Origin: Candidatus Nanoarchaeia archaeon | GTDB lineage: Archaea; Nanobdellota; Nanobdellia; Woesearchaeales; UBA583 | NCBI GenBank assembly: GCA_050292425.1 | Contig: JBNKLP010000007.1 | Span: 1-58,004, forward strand | DNA length: 58,004 nucleotides | Reading direction: 5' to 3' | Shown: positions 1 to 10,226 of the stretch, in pieces | Layout: the number at the start of each line of letters is the position of its first letter | Numbering within the stretch: position 1 is the stretch's first letter | The notes under the pieces: model-generated | What the model saw: the letters and a program-made list of their open reading frames with translations, nothing else | Databases searched by the model: none | What the model was told of the DNA's origin: nothing | Program-made: the position numbers and the translations under genes

Positions 1-123
1 ATGGAATCCAAGATTAATGCAGAACTTGAAAGTCTGCAAAGCAGTGGAAAAGAAGTTGTTGAAGTGAAAACAATTGGAGATTCACTTAATAAGTGTGCAG
101 TTATGGTTGTATATAATGAATAA
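1..123 (+). CDS. small protein, probably 5'-partial (Cse60/DUF2758-like pattern)
   Basis: Open frame from the window edge, MESKINAELESLQSSGKEVVEVKTIGDSLNKCAVMVVYNE*, convergent with the next gene; family resemblance is weak. Confidence 0.4.
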   Translation: MESKINAELESLQSSGKEVVEVKTIGDSLNKCAVMVVYNE

Positions 124-126
124 AGA

Positions 127-600
127 TTAATTTTTGTTTCTTTTATAGTTATTTTTATTCTTGTTCAAAAATCTTGAAGGTATTACTTTTTCTATGATTG
201 ATTTTACTTTTTTGGATCTTTCCATCTTGTCAATCTTTTTTGACATCATTTTTGCCTTGTAATCTAAGAATGAGAGAACTGTTTTTAAAAGATATTCCTG
301 CCATGTTGATGAAAGTTTATATATTGGCACAAATTGTATCCCGCAGTTTTTGAATACATCTTTTTTGTGTTCTGTAGCTTGTCTGTATTCTTCGTTATGT
401 TCATACATGCCAAAGTATTCAATTACCATCTGGTATTCCTTAAGGTAGAAATCAGGATACCAAATCTTTGTTTTTCCTTCATCAATTACAGCAATTGGAA
501 ATTCATATTCAAAAGCAATGTCCATCTTGTCAAGAAATTTTGCAATCTCTACTTCTCCAGTGCTTCTGTAAGTTGTTCCTTTGTGTTTTAGTTTATTCAT
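127..600 (-). CDS. PD-(D/E)XK-fold nuclease-like protein
   Basis: YRSxGE-x-IAxFL, FEYE, PDFYL and IEYFG motifs typical of Vsr/DUF559-like PD-(D/E)XK domains. Confidence 0.65.
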   Translation of the reverse strand: MNKLKHKGTTYRSTGEVEIAKFLDKMDIAFEYEFPIAVIDEGKTKIWYPDFYLKEYQMVIEYFGMYEHNEEYRQATEHKKDVFKNCGIQFVPIYKLSSTWQEYLLKTVLSFLDYKAKMMSKKIDKMERSKKVKSIIEKVIPSRFLNKNKNNYKRNKN

Positions 601-620
601 ATTTATTATTTATTAATTAC

Positions 621-632
621 ACTTATAAATGT
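621..632. promoter_or_regulatory. putative bidirectional TATA box
   Basis: ACTTATAAATGT centred between divergent ATGs at 600 (-) and 655 (+). Confidence 0.55.
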
Positions 633-654
633 ATGGTTGTTGCCTTTTATATTG

Positions 655-1809
655 ATGAGAAAGGTTTTAGTGAAGTATTCGGAGATTGGACTTAAGGGTA
701 AAAACAAGCATGTTTTTGAAAATCAGCTTGTCAGAAATATTAAAGTTGTCTGCCGAAGAAATAAAGTTGTTTTAGAGAAGATTTTCAAAGAAAAGTCAAG
801 AATATTGTGTTATTTTGCCGATGAGGTTTCTAATGAGAGTATTGAATATGTTTTGAAAGGGATTTTTGGAATAAAGTTTTTTTGTTATGTTCATCAGATT
901 GAAAAGACAATTGATGCTATTTTGGAGAAGGGAAGTGAACTTATGGACGAGCTTGAGGGAAAGTCAATCTCATTTAAAACAAAAAGAGGAGATAAGGGTT
1001 TTCCAGTCAAATCTCCAGACATTAATGCTGAACTTGGAGCTATTGCTGTTGATAAGGGATTTAAAATTAATTATAAGGGTGCTGAGGAGACAATTTACAC
1101 AGAAATAACATTCAACACTTGTTATATGTATGCCAAGAGGTTTGAGTGTAATGGAGGTCTTCCAGTTGGAAGTAGTGGGAGAGTTCTGGTTTTGCTTTCT
1201 GGTGGAATTGATAGTCCTGTTGCAGCATGGAATATGATGAGACGAGGAGTTGTTTGCGATTTTGTACATTTTCATACTTTTGATAATAATGATAAGGTTA
1301 TGGAGACTAAGATTAGAGATACAGTTGAGGTTTTGAATAGATGGGGATTTAGTGCAAAGCTTTATCTTGTTCCTTATTCCATGTATGAGTTTTTAACATC
1401 TGGAAAGATTGAGCAAAGATACGAGCTTGTTTTTTTCAAGCATTTTCTTCTTAGGTTTGCTGATAGACTAGCTGATGAGTTTGAGTATGATGCTATTGTT
1501 ACTGGAGATAATTTAGCTCAAGTTGCATCTCAGACCATTGAGAATTTAAGGGCTGCATCAATTGAAATTGAAAATCAGATTTTCAGACCTCTCCTTACTT
1601 ATGAGAAAGCTGAAATTATTGAAAAGGCAAAGGAGATTGGTACTTTTGATTTAGCTGTTCAAGAATACAGGGATTGCTGTTCCATCTTTTCTGTAAATCC
1701 TGTTACAAAAGCAAAGAAAGAGAAAATGAAGGATATCTTGGAGAAGTTTGATGTTGATGGTTTGTATGAGAAAAGTAGAGAAGGGATGGGTATTTTTAGT
1801 ATTAGGTGA
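655..1809 (+). CDS. thiI: tRNA 4-thiouridine synthase ThiI (THUMP + PP-loop, no rhodanese domain)
   Basis: N-terminal KYSEIGLKGKN, GGLPVG, PP-loop LLSGGIDSPVA, GDNLAQVASQT, RPLL, DCC; ATG at 655 preferred over TTG at 637. Confidence 0.93.
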   Translation: MRKVLVKYSEIGLKGKNKHVFENQLVRNIKVVCRRNKVVLEKIFKEKSRILCYFADEVSNESIEYVLKGIFGIKFFCYVHQIEKTIDAILEKGSELMDELEGKSISFKTKRGDKGFPVKSPDINAELGAIAVDKGFKINYKGAEETIYTEITFNTCYMYAKRFECNGGLPVGSSGRVLVLLSGGIDSPVAAWNMMRRGVVCDFVHFHTFDNNDKVMETKIRDTVEVLNRWGFSAKLYLVPYSMYEFLTSGKIEQRYELVFFKHFLLRFADRLADEFEYDAIVTGDNLAQVASQTIENLRAASIEIENQIFRPLLTYEKAEIIEKAKEIGTFDLAVQEYRDCCSIFSVNPVTKAKKEKMKDILEKFDVDGLYEKSREGMGIFSIR

Positions 1810-1811
1810 AA

Positions 1812-2219
1812 ATGGAAGGATATGTTAGAGCAGGACCTAAATTAATCATAGGATTTTCAACCAAAATAAAAACTATGTCAAAAAATTTAGTTGTAGAAAC
1901 TGATCAAATGAGAAAAATGCTTGAAACAAGTTTAAAACCAAATTCAGACATTGATTATGCACTTTTAACTGAAATCTATGAAACTTCTGTAATGAGCCAT
2001 ATTTATTCTTTTCAAAAAAGAAATAAGAAAGAAATAAAAAAAGAAGGATTAGTCAAAGCAATTGAAAATAATTTAATAATTCCCATATGCTCATTATCAA
2101 ATTGTAATAGTTGGAGTGAAGAAGCAACTTGTTCTTATTTGGTTACATCTCCAAATGTAATTGCATCAAGAAGAGTTGAGAAAGGAATTAGGGAATATGG
2201 AAAATGGATTAATATTTAA
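1812..2219 (+). CDS. hypothetical protein
   Basis: ORF directly after thiI with GGTGA just upstream of ATG 1812; no recognised motif. Confidence 0.55.
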   Translation: MEGYVRAGPKLIIGFSTKIKTMSKNLVVETDQMRKMLETSLKPNSDIDYALLTEIYETSVMSHIYSFQKRNKKEIKKEGLVKAIENNLIIPICSLSNCNSWSEEATCSYLVTSPNVIASRRVEKGIREYGKWINI

Positions 2220-3013
2220 TCCAATTCAATATCAATCCCAACAGGACAGTGATCTGAGCCCATTATCTCGTTTAGTATAAAAGCGTCTTTTACAAATTTC
2301 ATAAACTCTTTTGATACACAAAAGTAATCAATACGCCAGCCAACATTCTTTGCTCTTGCTTGAAACATGTAAGACCACCAAGAGTATTTTTCTTCATCAG
2401 GATAAAAGTGTCTGAATGTGTCAATAAAACCAGATTTAATTATATTGTCAAATCCTTCTCTTTCCTGATTTGTAAAACCAGCATTTCCCGGCTTTGTTTT
2501 TGTTGTCTTGTTTGTCTGAGGATTTTTTAGATCAATTTCCTTGTGAGCAACGTTTAGATCACCACAAAATATTACTGGTTTTGTCTTCTCAAGTTTCCTT
2601 ACATATTTGAGAAAATCAACATCCCACTTTTCATATCTGTAATCAAGTCTTTCTAGACTCCTTTTTGAGTTTGGCGTGTAAACTGTTACTAGAAAGAAGT
2701 TTTCAAATTCAGCTGTAATGATTCTTCCTTCTTTATCATGTTCTTCAATACCAATTCCAAATGTAATTTTTTTTGGAGATGTTTTGGAGAATATAGCAGT
2801 TCCTGAATAACCTTTTTTCTGAGCAGAGTTCCAATATTCATATTTGTAGCCCAAAGATTCCAAATCATGTTCTAATTGCTCGGGGTGTGCCTTTGTTTCC
2901 TGAAGACATAGTATGTCTGGATTCATCTTTTTTACAGAATCCAGAAATCCTTTTTGCATTACAGCTCTGATTCCATTTACATTCCAAGATATAAGCTTTA
3001 ATTTTTGAGACAT
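2216..3013 (-). CDS. xth: exodeoxyribonuclease III / AP endonuclease
   Basis: [43 protein letters not shown]. Confidence 0.96.
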   Translation of the reverse strand: MSQKLKLISWNVNGIRAVMQKGFLDSVKKMNPDILCLQETKAHPEQLEHDLESLGYKYEYWNSAQKKGYSGTAIFSKTSPKKITFGIGIEEHDKEGRIITAEFENFFLVTVYTPNSKRSLERLDYRYEKWDVDFLKYVRKLEKTKPVIFCGDLNVAHKEIDLKNPQTNKTTKTKPGNAGFTNQEREGFDNIIKSGFIDTFRHFYPDEEKYSWWSYMFQARAKNVGWRIDYFCVSKEFMKFVKDAFILNEIMGSDHCPVGIDIELD

Positions 3014-3076
3014 ATTTAGAAGTTTATTCTACTAGTATATAAATGTTCTAGTTGTATTTTTGGAAATTGAAAGAGA

Positions 3077-5623
3077 TTATGATACACTACTTATATGATT
3101 TGTCTTTTCCACATGCAAAATATCATCGGCAATTGATTCAATTTTTTCATCATGTGACACCAATATAATTTGCTTTAAGTTAGTTTGTTTTAGAATATTT
3201 CCAAGTCTGTCTATCTGCTCATTTGAAAAACCGTCTGTTGGTTCATCAAGTATAAGAAGTGAGAGTTTTTGAGATTTTTCCAGATTGTTTTCAATTATTC
3301 TTTTTAGTCCTAATCTGTATGCAACTGCAAGAGATGACTTTTCTCCACCACTAAGATTTTTTATATCAATGTCATATCCATTTTGCTCAACAACTGGTGA
3401 GAAGTTCTCATCAAGTCTTACTTCTATTTCATTGTCTTCAATAAGGTCCTTGAATAAACTTTCAAAGTTTTCTGTAAATTCAACATAGAATTTGGTAAGA
3501 AGAGTTCTTTCAATTTTACTTGTAATATCCGTAGTCTTGTTTAGAAGAAGGTCTTCGTCCTTGAGAAGCTTATCAAATTGGATTTCCACTTTTGATATGT
3601 TCTCTAATTGCTTTTGTTTTTCTTTGAGATGGCTTTGCTTTTCAGTTATCTGAGTTTTGAATGTGCTAAGTAGATTTATAAGTTCTTTCTCTTTAGTTTG
3701 CAAAATTTCATAATTTGATGATAATTTTTGTTTATCTTGTTTTAATGTCAGAACTTTCTCATTTAATTCTTTTAGTTTGGTTTCAAATACAGGTCTTTTT
3801 CTTAGAATTTCTTCTTGTTTTTTTATTGTTTCTTCAAGCTTATTCATATCTTCTTTTAGAGTGTTTATTTTATTTGAAGTAGAGAGAAGTCTTTCCACTT
3901 GTATTTTCTCATTAGAGCTTTGATTTGCAACTTCTATTTCTTTTGAATTTAGTTCCTCAATTTGTTTTCTTATTTGGGTTTCTTCTTTTAATTTGTTATT
4001 TAATGATGTTAATTTATCCTGTTCTGAGGAATTATTGTTTTGAAGTATTTCTTTTTTTAATTCTTTTAATTCATCATAGAGTTTCTTTTCTTTTATTTCT
4101 TTTTCTCTTAACATAAGAAGTTTCTGCTCTTTTTCAATAAGTTGTTTTTCTTGCTTGTCTATTGATTTGAGTTCTTCTTCAAGTGAATTCTTTTCAAGTT
4201 TTAATTTGGTTAATTGAGAGGTGTTTTTTGTTATTTGTATTTGGAATGTTTCTAGTTCTTTTTTTAGCTGAGTTTCAATATTTCCTTTATGCTCACAAGA
4301 GATATCCTGATAACATGTTGGACAGTGCTTGATTTTTGAGAAGTCTTTTAATTTTTTATTATTTGATTCTATCTGCTGTTTGTCTGAAGTTAATTGAAGT
4401 TCTAGTTTTGTTATGTTCTCTTTTAGTTTGTCAAACTCAGCTTTCTTTTTTGAAGTTTTTGTTATTTTTGTATTTAGTTTTTTGATTGCATTTTCCAGAT
4501 CTTTTACTTGACATTTTGTAAGCATATAATCAAATGTGTCGGATTTTGATTTGATTATTGATTTTTTGTTTTCTAAATCTGAAATATATTTTTGCAATTT
4601 TTCTTTTTCTTTTTGAAGTTGAGAAAATTCTTCTAAATTTTTTAGAAGTTTTTCTTTTTTGAATTTAGTTTCTTTTATTTCTTTTTCAAATTCTTTTATT
4701 TTATTTTTATGTTGTTTTGTTAGAGTGTTTATGTCTTGTTTTTGAATGGTTTCTAGTTCTTTTTTTTTCTCTTGTTTATCTGAGAGATATTTTCTATTTG
4801 TCTCTTCTATCTGTGCAAGTTTTGCAAGTGATGTTTCAAGTTTTGTTTTGTTTTGATTTATCTGCTCAATGATCATTTCCCTTTTTTCTATTGCTGTTTT
4901 GTGTTTTAGAAGTTTTTCTTTTAGCTGTGATTCTATTTCCTGCTTTTCTTTTAGTTTTGAGTTAATTTCTTTTAACTGAATTTCTATTTGCTTTGTTTCT
5001 TCAGATAAGTTATCTTTTGGTTCAAGTTTAGATTGAAGAATCTTTTTGTCTTCTCTTATTTTTTGTGAGTAAATTAAAATAGCATTTTGAAGAGTTTTGT
5101 ATTTGTCTATGTTGAATAACTTTCTTATGATTTCCAATCTTTTATCTGTTTCTGCAAATAAGATTTCTTTTAGCTGTTCTTGGGGCGTGTATGTTGTGAA
5201 CCTATAGATTAGGTTTTTGTCCTTGCTAAGAAATTCTTTAGGGAAGTTTAAAAGATCAAATATATGAGCATTCAGTTCTGTTGGTGAAAGCTCAATTAAG
5301 TTCTTGTCAATTTTTAAATAGCCATTCTCCTGAGTTATGTTATCTGTTGATTTGGATTTTTTTATGTTTCTTAATATTTCAATCTCTTTTTTATTGTCTG
5401 AAATTAGAAGTTTTACTGAAGCTTTTGTTTTTCCTTTTCTTAGAAGATGATATCCCTCAAGATCACCTCTTTTGAATCCAAAAAGTGCAAATTCTATAGC
5501 TTGAAGAATTGATGATTTTCCTGAACCTATGTCTCCGGATAGAAAATTTATCCCTTCTAAGAAGTTTATAGTTTGTGATTTGTAACTTCTAATATTCTCA
5601 AGGGCAAGGGATTTTATGTACAT
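3077..5623 (-). CDS. rad50: Rad50/SbcC-type SMC ATPase
   Basis: Walker A GDIGSGKSS, long coiled coil with CPTC zinc hook, signature LSGGE, Walker B LILDEPT, VSHD. Confidence 0.9.
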   Translation of the reverse strand: MYIKSLALENIRSYKSQTINFLEGINFLSGDIGSGKSSILQAIEFALFGFKRGDLEGYHLLRKGKTKASVKLLISDNKKEIEILRNIKKSKSTDNITQENGYLKIDKNLIELSPTELNAHIFDLLNFPKEFLSKDKNLIYRFTTYTPQEQLKEILFAETDKRLEIIRKLFNIDKYKTLQNAILIYSQKIREDKKILQSKLEPKDNLSEETKQIEIQLKEINSKLKEKQEIESQLKEKLLKHKTAIEKREMIIEQINQNKTKLETSLAKLAQIEETNRKYLSDKQEKKKELETIQKQDINTLTKQHKNKIKEFEKEIKETKFKKEKLLKNLEEFSQLQKEKEKLQKYISDLENKKSIIKSKSDTFDYMLTKCQVKDLENAIKKLNTKITKTSKKKAEFDKLKENITKLELQLTSDKQQIESNNKKLKDFSKIKHCPTCYQDISCEHKGNIETQLKKELETFQIQITKNTSQLTKLKLEKNSLEEELKSIDKQEKQLIEKEQKLLMLREKEIKEKKLYDELKELKKEILQNNNSSEQDKLTSLNNKLKEETQIRKQIEELNSKEIEVANQSSNEKIQVERLLSTSNKINTLKEDMNKLEETIKKQEEILRKRPVFETKLKELNEKVLTLKQDKQKLSSNYEILQTKEKELINLLSTFKTQITEKQSHLKEKQKQLENISKVEIQFDKLLKDEDLLLNKTTDITSKIERTLLTKFYVEFTENFESLFKDLIEDNEIEVRLDENFSPVVEQNGYDIDIKNLSGGEKSSLAVAYRLGLKRIIENNLEKSQKLSLLILDEPTDGFSNEQIDRLGNILKQTNLKQIILVSHDEKIESIADDILHVEKTNHISSVS

Positions 5624-5667
5624 AAAATATGTTAGAGGATGGAGTTAATAAAGTTTTTGGGAGAGAA

Positions 5668-6660
5668 TTATTGATATTTATCACTAGATTTTTTTCCTCT
5701 TTGTGTATATAAATAATGTTTATTTGGCCCAAACATATCTCTAACCATACTTTCAAAATCCAAAAATTGTATTTCAATAGGAAAATTTGATAAGCCTTTA
5801 TCAACTAAAGTATAATGAATACCTCCTGGCCTATTCTCTTTTAATCTATCAATATGATTATCAAATCTATCAGGAACAACCTTAAATCCAGGAATTTTAA
5901 TTTCAACTCCAATTTTTGATAAATCTTCTAATCTTTTTTTTGCTCTATCTTGATTTAAATCAACAATTTTAACTCCCATATAATCTCCCAACATCATTCT
6001 AACTATATCTTCTCCATACACTTCTTTATATTTTTTATAATGCTCTTCATCCCAAAAATAAAATTCATCTTTAGAAATTCTTTCTAAAAAATAAGGAAAT
6101 ATGTCTTGATTATCTGTTTTAAGTTTATCGTATTGTAAATCATATTTTGATCTACTATTTGAATTTTGTTTTTGTCTCATAAAATACAAATAATTATTTC
6201 CTTTATCATGATAAATTCTCACATAATTATTTGTAATATTCATTGAATCAGTTGAAAATAATTCTCTACCTGTATCACTATCTAAATCAAATTGCCATTT
6301 AAAATTATCTTTTAAAATTTTTCTTACATCTTCAAAAGGCCTGACTTTGAATGCATTCATTCTACATTTGTCTGGAAAAGAACCCCTACCATCAGTTAAT
6401 GAGGAAACAATTGAACAAATTTTAGGTGAAATTTGCTTCTTATAAACTTCATCAATAATTTTCTCTCTTTCAAGTAAAACATTTATAGAATAATCATCAA
6501 TTGGAATTATTAATTTCTTTTCTTCATCAGGAACCATAATTCCTGAGGGACCATGGAGATATAATCCAATTAATGAAGGGCCATATCCATTTCCAATTTC
6601 CCAAATAGATTCATCAATCTCAGAAGCAAGTACTTCTAAAACTTTTTGCTCTAAAGCCAT
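5668..6660 (-). CDS. divergent RelA/SpoT synthetase-fold (nucleotidyltransferase) protein
   Basis: Ordered motifs GDYMGVKIV, RFDNHI..KENRPGGIHY, PIEIQF, GPNKHYLY parallel DxxGxRI, DYIxxPKxNGYxSxH, ExQIRT, GxAxHxxYK. Confidence 0.55.
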   Translation of the reverse strand: MALEQKVLEVLASEIDESIWEIGNGYGPSLIGLYLHGPSGIMVPDEEKKLIIPIDDYSINVLLEREKIIDEVYKKQISPKICSIVSSLTDGRGSFPDKCRMNAFKVRPFEDVRKILKDNFKWQFDLDSDTGRELFSTDSMNITNNYVRIYHDKGNNYLYFMRQKQNSNSRSKYDLQYDKLKTDNQDIFPYFLERISKDEFYFWDEEHYKKYKEVYGEDIVRMMLGDYMGVKIVDLNQDRAKKRLEDLSKIGVEIKIPGFKVVPDRFDNHIDRLKENRPGGIHYTLVDKGLSNFPIEIQFLDFESMVRDMFGPNKHYLYTQRGKKSSDKYQ

Positions 6661-6722
6661 AAAAATAATAAGAATTCTTAATTTATAAATTTAACTTTTG
6701 TTACTACTTATTGTTAGAACAA

Positions 6723-7217
6723 CTATTCTACATAAATATCTTCACTTATCCACACAGTATTTCTTCTATTCTCAATAAACAAGTTTATCTTGTTTTTCTC
6801 AGGTTTTATGCAAAAACAACCATCTTGTGTTTCGAATTCTCCTATATCATTGGCATTTATTATCATATTTGTATCAAATTGAGCAATATTCTGATTTGTT
6901 GATATGGTTGCCTTGAATTCTTCTTTTTGTGAATCTGAAAGTTCGTTTAAGTTATCAATGCATTGAGCTGTTTCACTAAAACAAATATATTCAACCTCTT
7001 CACTTAATCTGTATTCTACAGGCCTTTCTGAGCCAAAATTTTTGTATACCGCATCATAGTCTTCCTGCAAATCATCATATATTCTAACTTTTTGAGTATC
7101 ATCTTGTGCTCCTATGAAATATACAATGAATTTGGTTACTAGAAATCCAACAAAAACTATAATAATTATTGAAAGAATGTAAATGAATATTTGATTTACT
7201 TGAGCTTTTTTGTTCAT
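6723..7217 (-). CDS. class III signal peptide (pilin-like) protein
   Basis: MNKKAQ followed by hydrophobic VNQIFIYILSIIIIVFVGFLV; paired Cys in the globular part. Confidence 0.7.
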   Translation of the reverse strand: MNKKAQVNQIFIYILSIIIIVFVGFLVTKFIVYFIGAQDDTQKVRIYDDLQEDYDAVYKNFGSERPVEYRLSEEVEYICFSETAQCIDNLNELSDSQKEEFKATISTNQNIAQFDTNMIINANDIGEFETQDGCFCIKPEKNKINLFIENRRNTVWISEDIYVE

Positions 7218-7256
7218 AATATAGTTGATAAATAAGAGTTTTATAATAGTTTGTTA

Positions 7257-8288
7257 TTACTTGTTGTTTTCCAAAACTAGAATATGTCGTGTCATGGATC
7301 TATTAATGAATTCATCTATCTCAACTACTTTGTCAAAGTACTTTAATGCCAAATCTTTGAATTCAACAAAGTTTGCATAGATTATTACCATTCTTTTTCC
7401 GGGTTTGAGATAATTTTTAGCATTTTTGAGAAAGTTTTCGTAAAGATCTTCTCCAAGCTTTCTTGAACATCTGCCATAAGGTATATCTGAAACTATTCCA
7501 TCAACTGAATTGTCTTTTAAAAATGGCTTAGAGGAGTCTGCAAGTATTCTTTTATACTTAGCTTTAGGGTAATAGTGATCAAAGTTTTGCTTGAAGTATT
7601 TTAAATCGTTCCATGATATGTCATTACCTATCACTTTGAAATTCATATCAACTGCTTCTAACAGAATTCCTCCTATCCCGCAAAATGGATCAAGCACAGT
7701 TCCTTCTTTTAAATTAAGCAAGTTTACTGCTGCTCTTGCCATGTCTGATTTTAGTGTGTATGGCATTACAACAGGTCTGAATTTAGGCATTCTTTGCATG
7801 TATTCTTTTGGATTTTCATGTAATTTTTTTGTCATTACAATCTTGTCTTTTATTTTTGAAGATAAAATAAAATTATATTCAATGTCTGGTTTTTCTAATG
7901 AGACTTTTGGATTTTCCAATAAATCCCATATCGGTTTTGCGAGAGCTTTTTCTGGATATGGAATTTCAAGTTCATGTTTGGATTTTTTAAGTCTAATTGC
8001 AAATTTAAGGTTTTGTGCTTCTTTGATTTCATCAAATTTTAGATTATCTTTAAATTGCTCAAAGTTTTTATTCTCTTTTATTACAATCCCCAAGTAATTT
8101 GTAAGAGTCAGTCTTTTTAGAAGTTCGTGTGATGAATTAATGATGTTTTTTGATGAAAAACAGTACATTACGTTTTCTTCTCTTTTTAGTTTAATTTTTT
8201 CATTATAATAAAGATTCCAAAGTGTTTCAAATTCAGTTGTTGCCAAATCCTTATTATTTCCTTTAAGGATTAGATAGTAGGTGTACAT
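7257..8288 (-). CDS. THUMP-domain tRNA methyltransferase (Trm11/TrmG10-like, m2G10)
   Basis: SAM-binding VLDPFCGIGG, DIPYG catalytic motif, N-terminal THUMP-like region, C-terminal SMTRHI. Confidence 0.8.
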   Translation of the reverse strand: MYTYYLILKGNNKDLATTEFETLWNLYYNEKIKLKREENVMYCFSSKNIINSSHELLKRLTLTNYLGIVIKENKNFEQFKDNLKFDEIKEAQNLKFAIRLKKSKHELEIPYPEKALAKPIWDLLENPKVSLEKPDIEYNFILSSKIKDKIVMTKKLHENPKEYMQRMPKFRPVVMPYTLKSDMARAAVNLLNLKEGTVLDPFCGIGGILLEAVDMNFKVIGNDISWNDLKYFKQNFDHYYPKAKYKRILADSSKPFLKDNSVDGIVSDIPYGRCSRKLGEDLYENFLKNAKNYLKPGKRMVIIYANFVEFKDLALKYFDKVVEIDEFINRSMTRHILVLENNK

Positions 8289-8333
8289 AAGAATAGATAA
8301 GAATGTTTGTTTTATAAATTATGGAGGTTTAAA

Positions 8334-8720
8334 TTAATTTATTTTTTTTGAATATAAACTGGCCAAAGAAGAAAAACTATTTGCATTTTTATCTAATTCC
8401 TCTTTAATTTTAATAATCTTTTTTAGATCCAGATTTTCCCAATTATCTCTGACATAGATTAAAAAATCATTTATTACTTTTGCAATATTATTGATTATTA
8501 AATCAAAATCTTCATCTAAATATTCATTAAAATTCTCTTCGAGATTATGAATTTGACCATCAAAATCTCTTTTACGAATAGGAATTTGTTTATTCCATTC
8601 TGCAACAATTTGAGAAGGTGCTTTAATTTCTGTTTTAATTTGATTTAGACCTAACTCAATTATAGAGATAATCTCTTTTATTTTGCCTTTTAAAAATATT
8701 AATTCAGATTCAAGTTTCAT
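8334..8720 (-). CDS. hypothetical helical protein
   Basis: 128-aa ORF filling the intergenic space; no motif. Confidence 0.5.
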   Translation of the reverse strand: MKLESELIFLKGKIKEIISIIELGLNQIKTEIKAPSQIVAEWNKQIPIRKRDFDGQIHNLEENFNEYLDEDFDLIINNIAKVINDFLIYVRDNWENLDLKKIIKIKEELDKNANSFSSLASLYSKKIN

Positions 8721-8758
8721 AATTATTATTGAATCTTGTTAATATTTAAACTTTGTTA

Positions 8759-9034
8759 TTAAAACTTTCTTAATGTAATTCCTTTTGCTAGTTTGAATTT
8801 TATTAATAATGTTTTTTCTTTGTTAAAATACTCAATAGGTAAAATTATTTTTTTGCCATATTTTTTCTCAAATATTTTAGTTATTTTCTCTGAGAGCATA
8901 TCAAGTTCATCTTCTGTTAAAACAATGTCTATTATTTTATAAACATTAAATATTGAATCATTAAAGAACAATATAGACTTTTTATTTGTCATAGCATATA
9001 ATTTATCAATTATTTCTTTTGACATTTTATTCAT
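8759..9034 (-). CDS. hypothetical protein
   Basis: 91-aa ORF abutting the ABC permease gene. Confidence 0.45.
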   Translation of the reverse strand: MNKMSKEIIDKLYAMTNKKSILFFNDSIFNVYKIIDIVLTEDELDMLSEKITKIFEKKYGKKIILPIEYFNKEKTLLIKFKLAKGITLRKF

Positions 9035-10226
9035 CCCTCAAATTATCAGCAGGATCAATATTAGCTGCTCTAATAGCAGGATATGTTCCAAATAAAGTTG
9101 CAAAGAACGTTGTTATTAATATTACTGTTAAAAAGAAATTCATATCAAAATGAACTGGAACATTATAACCAGCATATGTTGTAATTAAATAACCTAGAAG
9201 ATCAGCAAGTCCAAATGCAAGCATAAAACCTATGAATGCACCAATTAAACCAAGTAGAGAACTTTCTATTAAGAACATATTTCTTATATCTGAATTTGTA
9301 GCACCAAGAGCTTTCATCACAGAGATTTCATTTATTCTTTCAAGTATGTTTGAGTACATTGTGTTCATTACATTGATTCCTCCTACAATAAGAGCAATTG
9401 CAGAGACAAATCCAATGATGAATTGAAGAACACCAATTATTTGATTCACCTGCTCTAACATTTGAGTTGGAGATGTTACTTCCACTCTTTTTTCTTTGTT
9501 ATTTGGATTTAGTTTTCTTTCAATTGCCTGCTGATTGTACTCAAGGTCTGCATTTTCATAAAAACTTACTCTGACCAAAGAATAAGTTTCTTGTCCTGAA
9601 ATTTGCTTAATAGTATCAAATGGCATTATCATTGCAGTGTCAAGAAACAAATCTCCTTTTTCCTTCATAATTCCAATTACTCTAAGAGAGGTACCATTTA
9701 TTTTTATTGAATTGCCTATTTTTAGAGGATTATCTTTTCCAAATCCCTCTTTTGCAGTTTTTGCACCTAAAACAATAACATTATTATCTCCTACTCTTAA
9801 TGATCTTCCTTGGGCAATTTCTATATTCAAATCGTTACCAATATCGTCCCAATATTCGTCAGGATATGACACCGATAGTATCTGAGTTTTTACTCTTCCA
9901 TATTCATAAAGTCCAGTATATGCTATTCCAGGAGCTATATATTTGTAATCTCTGACAACTTGTTTTATTTTGTTCAAATCAGTATCTGTCAAATCTCCTT
10001 CTCCGGGAGGACCTGAGGAAGCTCCCACTTTTTGAACTCCAAGCACATGAGTTCCAAATGTTGTGAATTGCTCTGAGATTGCATTTTCCAACCCTTGAGA
10101 TGCCATTATGAAAAATGAAAATGTAAAAATACCAATTATTATACCTAAGATAGTTAGAAATACTCTTCCTTTTTTTTCTGACATGTTTTTAAGTACAAAT
10201 CTTGTGATATCTAATATTGAGGTCAT
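9027..10226 (-). CDS. MacB/FtsX-family ABC transporter permease
   Basis: LTILGIIIG, extracytoplasmic domain, VGGINVMNTM..ERINEISVMKALGA, YPAIRAA. Confidence 0.93.
   Translation of the reverse strand: MTSILDITRFVLKNMSEKKGRVFLTILGIIIGIFTFSFFIMASQGLENAISEQFTTFGTHVLGVQKVGASSGPPGEGDLTDTDLNKIKQVVRDYKYIAPGIAYTGLYEYGRVKTQILSVSYPDEYWDDIGNDLNIEIAQGRSLRVGDNNVIVLGAKTAKEGFGKDNPLKIGNSIKINGTSLRVIGIMKEKGDLFLDTAMIMPFDTIKQISGQETYSLVRVSFYENADLEYNQQAIERKLNPNNKEKRVEVTSPTQMLEQVNQIIGVLQFIIGFVSAIALIVGGINVMNTMYSNILERINEISVMKALGATNSDIRNMFLIESSLLGLIGAFIGFMLAFGLADLLGYLITTYAGYNVPVHFDMNFFLTVILITTFFATLFGTYPAIRAANIDPADNLRDE

Noticed and set aside
5598-5804. 68-aa ORF bridging the RelA-like gene and rad50 as a frameshift fusion
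   Set aside because: Both flanking genes have complete termini (rad50 starts with a canonical MYIKSLALENIRSY) and the ORF has no motif
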